NCBI GenBank assembly: GCA_025558095.1
Contig: JAIVFI010000002.1
Location: 620,001 to 684,000, forward strand
Length of the DNA: 64,000 nt
Source of the DNA: Hyaloraphidium curvatum SAG 235-1
Taxonomy: Eukaryota > Fungi > Monoblepharomycota
Reading direction: 5' to 3'
This document shows, one piece after another, positions 45,941 through 55,735 of the stretch; the first letter of the stretch is position 1, and each line of letters starts with the position of its first letter. Below the pieces are notes generated by a model that ran no database searches, was not told the origin of the DNA, and worked only from the letters and a program-made list of their open reading frames with translations. The translations under genes and the position numbers were made by a program.

Positions 45941-46675
45941 TCGGCATCACAGCGGCCTCCCTGCCGCCACGTAGTTAGTAGTCAATGGGAGGGGGTAGTG
46001 GGAGGGGGGCAAGCCCTGCTGTCTTAGCGGCCATGGAGGCCCAATCCGCTACGCGTCTTAATGGGCCTCGCCCGTTGGGCTTCTTACGAGCTTTGTGCTT
46101 CCACTTTGTCGACTGCCTTGCCTACCCCTGCTTTGCCGGTCCCCTCACCTACTTGCTAAGCAATGTGCTTAGCAACTTGCTTACCTTTTCTAAAACCAAC
46201 TATTCTAGTCGTTTTCATAGTCGTTTTCTTGGCTTGTATAGTCGATTTCATACCTCATTTTGGCTCTGATAGTCGATTAGTCCCTACCCTATACAACAAC
46301 TTAGGCCACCTTTTCCTCCAAAATCGACTAATTAACTATTTGCTTCGTTTCATGCTTCAACTTCTAGATCTCTTACCATTCTTCTTCTAGCTTCTCTTTC
46401 TCAAAATCGACTAGATCCCGACTTGGTTCTAGTCGTTTTTCTCATTCACAAAGCAGTTGACAAAGTCTTTATATGATGATTGTAATTTATGCTTTCCCAT
46501 GCTTTTGATCACAGTGATGACGGTGATGACAACTTTTTCGGAAATTGGTTTGGCAAAGCCATATAGCCATATCTTGGATTGTCCTTTCTCTCTCTGTCAT
46601 CTTTATCATCTATGTCATCTAGCTCTTTTTTATGCTCCTTTTCTAACCCAGAGTGTCTTCACCATTCGTTTCTCA

Positions 46676-46735
46676 CACCATCCCTTACCCCACCATCCCT
46701 TACCCCACCATCCCTTACCCCACCATCCCTTACCC
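46676..46735. repeat. Tandem repeat, 15 bp x 4 (CACCATCCCTTACCC)
   Basis: Four exact copies; G-rich on the minus strand. Confidence 0.95.
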
Positions 46736-47452
46736 CGCTCCCTTACTGGACTTTGTCCAACTACGTGGTTTGGCGTAGCCATTTCTCCCTTCCCCCACCA
46801 CGTGCTAAGGTAGCCCTTCCCCCCCTCCCCCCCCGCCTCCCTTCGGAACTTCGTTCCTACCACGTGCTTTTAACTTAGTTCATTTGTGGTTTGCCAACGC
46901 CATTTCTCACATGGCTTCGCCATAGCACGGAATTTAGCGAAGCTATATTGACGAAGTCATATACTTCGTTCCTACCACTTGTGTTTGGCGTAAGCCATTT
47001 TGAAATAGACCCGTTACTTCCCCCTACATTTTTCACCCCTCCTTCACCTCCCCCATTTTGGTAGCTTTTTCTCCCTGTGCTTTTACAAATAGAGCCCGCA
47101 GAGCCGCTAGACCGCTCTTTTCTTGGCCCCCTGCCCTATATATACTCACCTTCTTATATTGATTATTATTATACTCTTCTATACCTAATCTCATTGTATA
47201 TACATATGAACTATAGGCTACAGACTGGGCCACCCAAAAGACCGCTCTAACGGCTCTATCGGCTCTTCTCAAAAACAACTCTTCTATATAAGCATGATCT
47301 GTAAAGCCACATGCTTCCCCTATCTCTACCAATCAGGCCGTAGAGCCCTGTTCTTGATTCCCCTGTTCTTTCCTGAACTTCTTCAAAACAGAATCACTTG
47401 GCCATCCTGCACCTGTCACATTCGTTACCTTTTTTTTGGGCATAATTTTCAA

Positions 47453-47746
47453 ATGGGCAGAAAACTATTCAAGTATTTGCATGAACCCTGTGCCGTGTGT
47501 GGATGTACAAGCGAAGCTGGTCATCACGTCGTCCCCCTGAGTGTTAGGAAAGGTATAGCTCTAACGGTAAAAGGCCGATCCGAAATTTTCATGGTCTGTC
47601 GTCCTTGTCAGGCTTTCCTCAATAAAGAGTATCATGCTCTTCAAAAAAAACACACCAATATGGATGACCCCGTGGCGAACTATCGATCCCTTGTAAAAGA
47701 CTTATGCAAGTTTCTGCCTGATCGATTGATCCAATCATTTGAGTAA
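47453..47746 (+). CDS. Small HNH-like (His-Me finger) zinc-binding protein
   Basis: CAVCG...HHVVP...CRPC pattern; ATG at 47453. Confidence 0.6.
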   Translation: MGRKLFKYLHEPCAVCGCTSEAGHHVVPLSVRKGIALTVKGRSEIFMVCRPCQAFLNKEYHALQKKHTNMDDPVANYRSLVKDLCKFLPDRLIQSFE

Positions 47747-48200
47747 GCAACTTCGTTGATGGAACTTCCTTCCAAAACCACGTGACTCAGCGAAGCTGTA
47801 TAGCCAAAGGAACTTCGTTCCAAGCACTTGGTTGCAACGAAGTTGCTTTGTTTGACGAAGTCATATGTTGCAAACAGCGGAGCCGTCATTGAAGCCATTG
47901 TAGGAAGAGTCGTAGTCATAGCCAAGGTAGCCAAATGCAGGGTCGACACCAGTAGAATCAGTTGCAGCACCAGTAGCAGTGTCTTACCGGGTGCAAATCA
48001 TCGTTGTCGAAGGAAACCAAAAAGGACAGAGACGGTCAATCGGTTGGGGTCGGAAGAATGGAAAGGAGGAGGCGTGAGTCACCTTCCTCCGCATCAAGAG
48101 CGTCTTACCGTATGTAAGGACGGAAGGGGAAAGAGGAATCATGTTAGAGTAGGCAGTCCGCGCCACACAGGCGATCGCCACACAGGCGGTTGGTGACACG

Positions 48201-48687
48201 TGCGAAGGTACAGGACGTCTGACATTCGGACAAGGGTATTTTCATTTTCGGTTCGGAGGCGTGGAGGCGTCGGTCCTCGCGATCGACTCGTGATCGACTC
48301 GTGATCGACTCGCGATCGACTCGCGAGTGACTCGCGAGTCACTCGCGAGCGACTCGCGAGCGACTCGCAAGTGACTCGGCACAGCCACCCTCCTGGGATA
48401 TATAAAGAGCGGGACATGTAACAGTACAATCTTGATCGCCAGTTGACTCTACGTGCTCTCCGTGTCGTTCGACCACCGTGCGGAACCCCGCCCGGCCGGA
48501 TCCTCGTTCTGAGAGCCCTTGGGACGCACCCCGGGAGACATCCCGTAACCTCTTTCCCCCGGCTACAGTCAAGTATCTTCAGCGCTGTTCGCTTATTCAT
48601 ATTCAGGGCCTATCCGACCCGAAGAGCCGAGCGGGATTCGCGCGCCGGGTTAGAGCTTCAGGCCCGGTTCCGACCCGGACCGTCGCA
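48201..48687 (+). repeat. LTR (487 bp) with nine 11-bp U3 repeats and a TATA box
   Basis: TGCGAAGGT...ACCGTCGCA inverted ends; array 48281-48379; TATATAAA near 48399-48406. Confidence 0.92.
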
Positions 48688-48688
48688 C

Positions 48689-48706
48689 TGGTCCGACCTC
48701 CGTGAT
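48689..48706 (+). promoter_or_regulatory. Primer-binding site, tRNA-Tyr-like
   Basis: TGGTCCGACCTCCGTGAT, 1 nt after the LTR; the first 11 nt complement the ...AGGTCGGA-CCA end of CCGACCT-type tRNA-Tyr. Same site at 53914. Confidence 0.7.
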
Positions 48707-48854
48707 CCTGCTCTCGGGTCTTCGACACCTCGTTCGACTTCAGTTTCGACTTCGATAATCCAAAAACAACTTCGCCTGGCACCGGCGCTTGTCGACTGCC
48801 ACTCTTTTCTGTCAACCGTATTCCGTCAACCAAGTTCATTCCCCTTCGCCAAAC

Positions 48855-50510
48855 ATGGACCCCGTTCAAGAAGCCGCCCCTCAGCAGGAGGTTCAGCAGC
48901 CTCAGGAAGCTAACGATTTGCAGAACAACCCGCAGGCCCAGGCGATTATCCAAGCTGCGCAGGCCGCGATCCAGCAAGTCGGCGCCGCCGCCAACGACGT
49001 CGCCCAACTCGCCGCCCAGCAAGCCGCCCAGCAAGCCGTCGCCGATCAGCTTGCCGCTCAGCTCGTGGCGCAACAGACCGCTCAGCAGTTGCCAGCTGCC
49101 CAAGTTCAACAGCAAGCCGCCGCCGAGCAGCTTGCAGCGCAGCAGCTCCAGCAGCTCGCCGCACAGCAGCAGGGTCAGCGGAGCGAGCAAGCCCCGGCTG
49201 TCAACGCTGCCGCCGCTGGTCTCCAGCCGCAGCAGTTCGTCGACGCCGTACGGGCCATCGTTGGCGCTCAGCCGCCGAACGATGGAAGCACCGGCCTCCC
49301 CCAGGCGGATCGCCAGGGCGGAGCCGCCAAGCTCCCGGCTCAGCTGCTGCCTGCTTCTGTTCAGCCCTTCGATCCCGCTACGCAGGACCCGGAAGACTTC
49401 TTCCGCGACCTCACTACGGTTCTCACGGCGTTCGGCTCCATCAACAACCTCGTCAAGGTCTTCCCGGTCTTCCTTGGGCCTCTGCCGCGCGCAATGTGGC
49501 ACAACATCACGCCGCAGAACCGCCCTCCGGACTATCCCGCGACGGCCACCTATCCTCCGGTGACCCAGAACGATGTGCTTGCCTGGCTACGCTACCACTT
49601 CGAGCCCCGCGACGCATCGATGCATTATCGCCGGCACTACAACACGATTCAGATGACCAACGATGAGACCCTCGACGCCTTCGTTGCCCGCGTATCCCTG
49701 GCCGAGACGCGTTTCCTCTCGCACTGCGGCGATCAGCTTCCTACCAGGGAAGTGCAAGACAGCGTGTACGGCCAGAACCTGCTCTACGGACTGCGCCCGG
49801 AGCTACGCGGGAAGGCGCTGGAGCTCCTCGGGGATCACCTCATCAACCGCACTTCCGTCACCAAGGTCATCGAGAAGATGCGCACCGTCATGCAAGCATC
49901 GGGCCCTGCGCAGCCGCGCGACATCCGTTTCCTGGGCCAGAACTCGATTTCGGAGATTCCGGCTCTGGTCGGCCAGCACTCGTCTTCGGGCTCCTCCAAG
50001 GCGACCGACAAGGCGACGACGGAAGTGCTGCTGGCTCATACGCAGGCTCTCACAAAGCTGCTGGAGCCTAAGGCAGAGCGCAGGCCCACCGGTGGACCGC
50101 CGGGGGAGTCTGCGTTCCGGCCTCCGCGCCGTTTCGTCCCCTTCCAGTCTCGTCGGAGCCAGCCGTTGCCGCCTTCGGGGCCGAACAGCGACCTCGTCGA
50201 GATCAAGGAGCTCATCACCAAGCTGCTGCCGTCGCCTCGCCATCAGGTTCAGGCCGCGGAGACCAGGTCGAACCCCCCCGCGAGGCCTCCTCCGATCGAT
50301 CGGCCCCGTCAGCAGCAGGAGCGCCAGGATCGCCGGCCCTTCACCTCGGAGTACCGCGACCAGAAGCGCTTCCAGCCTCGCCACTGCCATCTCTGTGGCA
50401 TGGATGGGCATGCTCAGGACGAGTGCTGGGAGTTGGAGAAGAATGCCAACCGCCGCCCACTCAACTGGAAGTCTCGCCTCGGCAACACCCCTTCGATGCC
50501 AAAAAACTAG
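48855..50510 (+). CDS. gag: Gag with Q/A-rich N-terminus and CCHC knuckle
   Basis: MDPVQE start; CHLCGMDGHAQDEC; ends at slippery A AAA AAC TAG. Confidence 0.9.
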   Translation: MDPVQEAAPQQEVQQPQEANDLQNNPQAQAIIQAAQAAIQQVGAAANDVAQLAAQQAAQQAVADQLAAQLVAQQTAQQLPAAQVQQQAAAEQLAAQQLQQLAAQQQGQRSEQAPAVNAAAAGLQPQQFVDAVRAIVGAQPPNDGSTGLPQADRQGGAAKLPAQLLPASVQPFDPATQDPEDFFRDLTTVLTAFGSINNLVKVFPVFLGPLPRAMWHNITPQNRPPDYPATATYPPVTQNDVLAWLRYHFEPRDASMHYRRHYNTIQMTNDETLDAFVARVSLAETRFLSHCGDQLPTREVQDSVYGQNLLYGLRPELRGKALELLGDHLINRTSVTKVIEKMRTVMQASGPAQPRDIRFLGQNSISEIPALVGQHSSSGSSKATDKATTEVLLAHTQALTKLLEPKAERRPTGGPPGESAFRPPRRFVPFQSRRSQPLPPSGPNSDLVEIKELITKLLPSPRHQVQAAETRSNPPARPPPIDRPRQQQERQDRRPFTSEYRDQKRFQPRHCHLCGMDGHAQDECWELEKNANRRPLNWKSRLGNTPSMPKN

Positions 50511-53436
50511 CTTTGCCCTCAGTGCCGCACGGCCATAGGGGGGCAGAGATCCAAGCTCTTGAACCACATGTGGAACCTCTTCCTGGAACTTCCCCGCTGC
50601 CGGACGGCACGGACCCTTCATCTCCTGGCGGATCGCCGGAGTTGTCGGATTCCGCGACCGATGAACCGACGGCGGAGGAACACGTTCATCATTGGCCCTT
50701 CGGGGGCACGGAGTACATCCTCTTCCTCGAGGCGGAGGCAGCTCGACAGGCCGCCGTTCGTCAGCAGCGGGAGGCGCTCATGCCGATCGACGAGACCCTG
50801 GCCCCGCCGCCGGCAGCGGATTCGGCGTCGCCCGGCTCGGTCGAGGTCGTGGGAAACGGTGAACCGGCGGCACAGGATGCGGACGCGGGATCAGCGGATG
50901 CACCTATGCACGAGGGCCCGACCGTCCGCGCCGTTCCCGGACCTTTCGAAAGGCCCCCTCCTCCTTCCGCCTACGCACGACCACCGCTGCCTGGCCCTCG
51001 GCCTCGCCCGCGGCCACCTGCTCCGGTCGCCCCTCCGCCGGATCGCTGGACGTGGACTTCGCAAGTGCAGTTCCACTATCAGGCGGCACGCGTTTCGGCA
51101 TGGGTCAACGGCGTGAATACCCCCGCGGCCCTCGTCGACTCCGGTGCCTCAGTGGTGGCGGTTCGGTCGTCCTTCTTCTGCCGGATCCACCCGTCGCCAC
51201 CGATCAAACCATGGACACTCGGCACCCTCAGCACGGCCGCGGCCGGCGGAACCATGTGGGTCCGCGGAGTTGCTAAGATGGACATCCTGGTCGGGAATCA
51301 ACACTGCGTCATGGACGTCGCCATCATGGACGGTCTCATGGACGACGTGATCCTCGGCACCCCTTGGCTCTCCGCCCTACGCGTTCAGATGGACTGGGAG
51401 ACGCCGGTCCTCTATTTCAAGGACGATCCGGAGGGGGTCGTCGTGCCAATGCACATTGTTGCGCGACCGCTCTTCGGATCACACCTGGTCGCCCCGCTCC
51501 ATTCAACCACCTCCATCACGGTCTACCCCAACGAGGACGTCTCGATCACCGCTGAGCTGGCCCCGACGACTCCCTTGGCGACCGTCGTGGAGATGGACTT
51601 GACAGGGGTCATCGAGACGCCGAACACTTCGCCGTTCGATCGCCTCTTCATCATCCCGTCGGCGACGCCCGACAGAGACGGTCGGCTGCCGATTCTCATC
51701 CGCAACTACGGGACGACACCGGTCACGATCGGCCCGGGCACCCACCTCGGCCGCTTCCGCGTGCGGATTCCTGGATTTCTCGCTCCGGAACCGCCCACGT
51801 ATCTGGCTCCCGCGCAGATCTCGATGCTGGAGCCCGAGCTGCCCCACACCGAACCGGCCGAATCCACGCTCACGGTCGAGGAGACCATCGATCTGTTCGC
51901 GGTGCCCTCGCCGGGATCGATTGGACCACCTCAGCCTCCCGGCGTGGAGCCTCCTCCGGTCGAGGCTATCGAGCTCAAGATGGACCAAACGATCCTGAGC
52001 GAGGGGGACAAACCTCGTTTCCATAAGCTCTGCGACCGCTACCGGGACGTGTTTGGTCCTTGGATCGGCAAGCTGCGCAACCATCGCTTCCGGATCGACA
52101 CGGGCGACCTCAAGCCGATCCACCAGATGCCGTACCGGACCCCGTTCCGGCTTCGCGGGGAAATGGACAAGATCATCGACGACCTGCTCGTGCAGGGCGT
52201 AGTCGTCCCCTCGCGAAGCCCCTGGGCCACGCCCTGCATCATGGTGCCAAAAGGGCACGGCTCGGGCGAATGGCGCCTGGTGATCGATTACCGGAAGCTC
52301 AACGCCGCCACCAAGCGCGACGTCTACCCGATGAAGAACCCAAGCGACACTCTCGCTCTCCTCAGCGCGGCCAAGGTGTGGAGCGTTTGCGACATCCGCT
52401 CCGGCTTTTGGCACGTGGAGGTGGCCGACGAGGACAAGGAAAAGACGGCCTTCACGACGCACCGCGGTCTCTACCAGTGGGAGCGGATGGCCATGGGCTT
52501 TACCAACGCTCCTGCAACCTTTGCTCGGATCATGGACGAGCTCCTCGCCGGCCTCCAGTGGTACTGCTTGGTGGTCTTCATCGACGACATCATTATCTTC
52601 TCGCAGACGGTCGACGAGCACCTCGTGCACCTGGAGCTCCTCTTTGACCGACTGCGCGAGGCCGGGATGACTCTGAAGCTGGCCAAATGCAAGTTCTTCC
52701 GCCGCGAGGTCAAATACCTCGGGCATTACGTCACCGCCGACGGCCTCAAGGTCGACCCCGAGAAGACCCGCGCGGTGGACCAGTTCCCCCGCCCAACGAC
52801 CAAGAAGGAGCTCCAATCGTTTCTCGGCCTCTCCAACTACTATCGCCCCTTCATTGCCGGCTACGCCAACATTGCCAGCCCGCTCACCCGCCTGACGCAG
52901 GACGGCGTCTCGGTCTCTCGGGCCTGGGACGACGCATGCGAGGCCGCCTTCCGTATGCTAAAGGAACGGCTTACGTCGGCGCCCGTGCTCCGTCGCCCCG
53001 ACTTTTCCAAGCGCTTCGTCTTGTTCACGGATGCCAGCGATATCGGCCTCGGCGCGGTGCTCAGCCAGCGGGACTCCGATGGCAAGGAGTACGTCATCGC
53101 CTACGCCAGCCGCGCTCTGCAGCCGAACGAGCGCAAGTGGGACACTCGGGAGCGCGAAGCCCTGGCCGTTGTTTGGGCATGCGAGCATTTCCGGGCGTAT
53201 TTGATCGGGGACGAGTTTGAGGTGGTCACCGACCATAGCGCCCTCAAATGGCTCTTGGAGACCTCCAAGCCGGGCCGCCTACAGCGCTGGATCCTCCGGC
53301 TCTCGGACTTCAGGTTCCAGATCATCCATCGCTCGGGCAAAGCGAACTCCAACGCCGACTTCCTGTCTCGTCAGCTCGTGGCGCCGTCGCCCGACGAGGA
53401 CGTGCCTATGGGCGACCCCGAGGAAATCTTGGACAT
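50501..53436 (+). pseudogene. pol: Pol of copy A1 (protease, RT, RNase H), truncated by insertion
   Basis: LVDSGAS, VVFIDDII, TDASDIGLG; matches A2 pol until PEEILDI. Confidence 0.92.
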
Positions 53437-54079
53437 TGCGAAGGTACAGGACGTCTGACATTCGGACAAGGGTATTTTCATTTTCGGTTCGGAGGCGTGG
53501 AGGCGTCGGTCCTCGCGATCGACTCGTGATCGACTCGCGATCGACTCGCGAGTGACTCGCGAGTCACTCGCGAGCGACTCGCGAGCGACTCGCAAGTGAC
53601 TCGGCACAGCCACCCTCCTGGGATATATAAAGAGCGGGACATGTAACAGTACAATCTTGATCGCCAGTTGACTCTACGTGCTCTCCGTGTCGTTCGACCA
53701 CCGTGCGGAACCCCGCCCGGCCGGATCCTCGTTCTGAGAGCCCTTGGGACGCACCCCGGGAGACATCCCGTAACCTCTTTCCCCCGGCTACAGTCAAGTA
53801 TCTTCAGCGCTGTTCGCTTATTCATATTCAGGGCCTATCCGACCCGAAGAGCCGAGCGGGATTCGCGCGCCGGGTTAGAGCTTCAGGCCCGGTTCCGACC
53901 CGGACCGTCGCACTGGTCCGACCTCCGTGATCCTGCTCTCGGGTCTTCGACACCTCGTTCGACTTCAGTTTCGACTTCGATAATCCAAAAACAACTTCGC
54001 CTGGCACCGGCGCTTGTCGACTGCCACTCTTTTCTGTCAACCGTATTCCGTCAACCAAGTTCATTCCCCTTCGCCAAAC

Positions 54080-55735
54080 ATGGACCCCGTTCAAGAAGCC
54101 GCCCCTCAGCAGGAGGTTCAGCAGCCTCAGGAAGCTAACGATTTGCAGAACAACCCGCAGGCCCAGGCGATTATCCAAGCTGCGCAGGCCGCGATCCAGC
54201 AAGTCGGCGCCGCCGCCAACGACGTCGCCCAACTCGCCGCCCAGCAAGCCGCCCAGCAAGCCGTCGCCGATCAGCTTGCCGCTCAGCTCGTGGCGCAACA
54301 GACCGCTCAGCAGTTGCCAGCTGCCCAAGTTCAACAGCAAGCCGCCGCCGAGCAGCTTGCAGCGCAGCAGCTCCAGCAGCTCGCCGCACAGCAGCAGGGT
54401 CAGCGGAGCGAGCAAGCCCCGGCTGTCAACGCTGCCGCCGCTGGTCTCCAGCCGCAGCAGTTCGTCGACGCCGTACGGGCCATCGTTGGCGCTCAGCCGC
54501 CGAACGATGGAAGCACCGGCCTCCCCCAGGCGGATCGCCAGGGCGGAGCCGCCAAGCTCCCGGCTCAGCTGCTGCCTGCTTCTGTTCAGCCCTTCGATCC
54601 CGCTACGCAGGACCCGGAAGACTTCTTCCGCGACCTCACTACGGTTCTCACGGCGTTCGGCTCCATCAACAACCTCGTCAAGGTCTTCCCGGTCTTCCTT
54701 GGGCCTCTGCCGCGCGCAATGTGGCACAACATCACGCCGCAGAACCGCCCTCCGGACTATCCCGCGACGGCCACCTATCCTCCGGTGACCCAGAACGATG
54801 TGCTTGCCTGGCTACGCTACCACTTCGAGCCCCGCGACGCATCGATGCATTATCGCCGGCACTACAACACGATTCAGATGACCAACGATGAGACCCTCGA
54901 CGCCTTCGTTGCCCGCGTATCCCTGGCCGAGACGCGTTTCCTCTCGCACTGCGGCGATCAGCTTCCTACCAGGGAAGTGCAAGACAGCGTGTACGGCCAG
55001 AACCTGCTCTACGGACTGCGCCCGGAGCTACGCGGGAAGGCGCTGGAGCTCCTCGGGGATCACCTCATCAACCGCACTTCCGTCACCAAGGTCATCGAGA
55101 AGATGCGCACCGTCATGCAAGCATCGGGCCCTGCGCAGCCGCGCGACATCCGTTTCCTGGGCCAGAACTCGATTTCGGAGATTCCGGCTCTGGTCGGCCA
55201 GCACTCGTCTTCGGGCTCCTCCAAGGCGACCGACAAGGCGACGACGGAAGTGCTGCTGGCTCATACGCAGGCTCTCACAAAGCTGCTGGAGCCTAAGGGA
55301 GAGCGCAGGCCCACCGGTGGACCGCCGGGGGAGTCTGCGTTCCGGCCTCCGCGCCGTTTCGTCCCCTTCCAGTCTCGTCGGAGCCAGCCGTTGCCGCCTT
55401 CGGGGCCGAACAGCGACCTCGTCGAGATCAAGGAGCTCATCACCAAGCTGCTGCCGTCGCCTCGCCATCAGGTTCAGGCCGCGGAGACCAGGTCGAACCC
55501 CCCTGCGAGGCCTCCTCCGATCGATCGGCCCCGCCAGCAGCAGGAGCGCCAGGATCGCCGGCCCTTCACCTCGGAGTACCGCGACCAGAAGCGCTTCCAG
55601 CCTCGCCACTGCCATCTCTGTGGCATGGATGGGCATGCTCAGGACGAGTGCTGGGAGTTGGAGAAGAATGCCAACCGCCGCCCACTCAACTGGAAGTCTC
55701 GCCTCGGCAACACCCCTTCGATGCCAAAAAACTAG
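54080..55735 (+). CDS. gag: Gag (copy A2)
   Basis: Same as 48855-50510 with one substitution (KAE/KGE). Confidence 0.9.
   Translation: MDPVQEAAPQQEVQQPQEANDLQNNPQAQAIIQAAQAAIQQVGAAANDVAQLAAQQAAQQAVADQLAAQLVAQQTAQQLPAAQVQQQAAAEQLAAQQLQQLAAQQQGQRSEQAPAVNAAAAGLQPQQFVDAVRAIVGAQPPNDGSTGLPQADRQGGAAKLPAQLLPASVQPFDPATQDPEDFFRDLTTVLTAFGSINNLVKVFPVFLGPLPRAMWHNITPQNRPPDYPATATYPPVTQNDVLAWLRYHFEPRDASMHYRRHYNTIQMTNDETLDAFVARVSLAETRFLSHCGDQLPTREVQDSVYGQNLLYGLRPELRGKALELLGDHLINRTSVTKVIEKMRTVMQASGPAQPRDIRFLGQNSISEIPALVGQHSSSGSSKATDKATTEVLLAHTQALTKLLEPKGERRPTGGPPGESAFRPPRRFVPFQSRRSQPLPPSGPNSDLVEIKELITKLLPSPRHQVQAAETRSNPPARPPPIDRPRQQQERQDRRPFTSEYRDQKRFQPRHCHLCGMDGHAQDECWELEKNANRRPLNWKSRLGNTPSMPKN

Larger units (their letters stand above)
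45973..48200. mobile_element. AT-richer foreign segment, possibly the left end of a Polinton/Maverick-like or viral DNA element
   Basis: Abruptly truncates Copia; begins AGTTAGTAGT then G-runs; repeated TAGTCG motifs and short modules; small ORFs including an HNH-like one. No hallmark Polinton gene is in the window. Confidence 0.35.
48201..53436 (+). mobile_element. Gypsy family A copy 1 (5' LTR, gag, pol through RNase H), interrupted by copy 2
   Basis: LTR 48201-48687; nearly identical to 53437-58661 with a few SNPs; ends at ...GGACAT where a new LTR begins. Confidence 0.95.

Noticed and set aside
48281-48379. 11-bp arrays (also 61975-62122 and 45686-45860) as CRISPR-like arrays
   Set aside because: Contiguous tandem units without unique spacers, located in LTR/promoter positions; no cas genes.
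48606-48615. GGGCCTATCC after ...ATTCA as the LTR end and PBS
   Set aside because: It is also present in 3' LTRs; the true end is CCGTCGCA (48687), followed by a TGG-type PBS.
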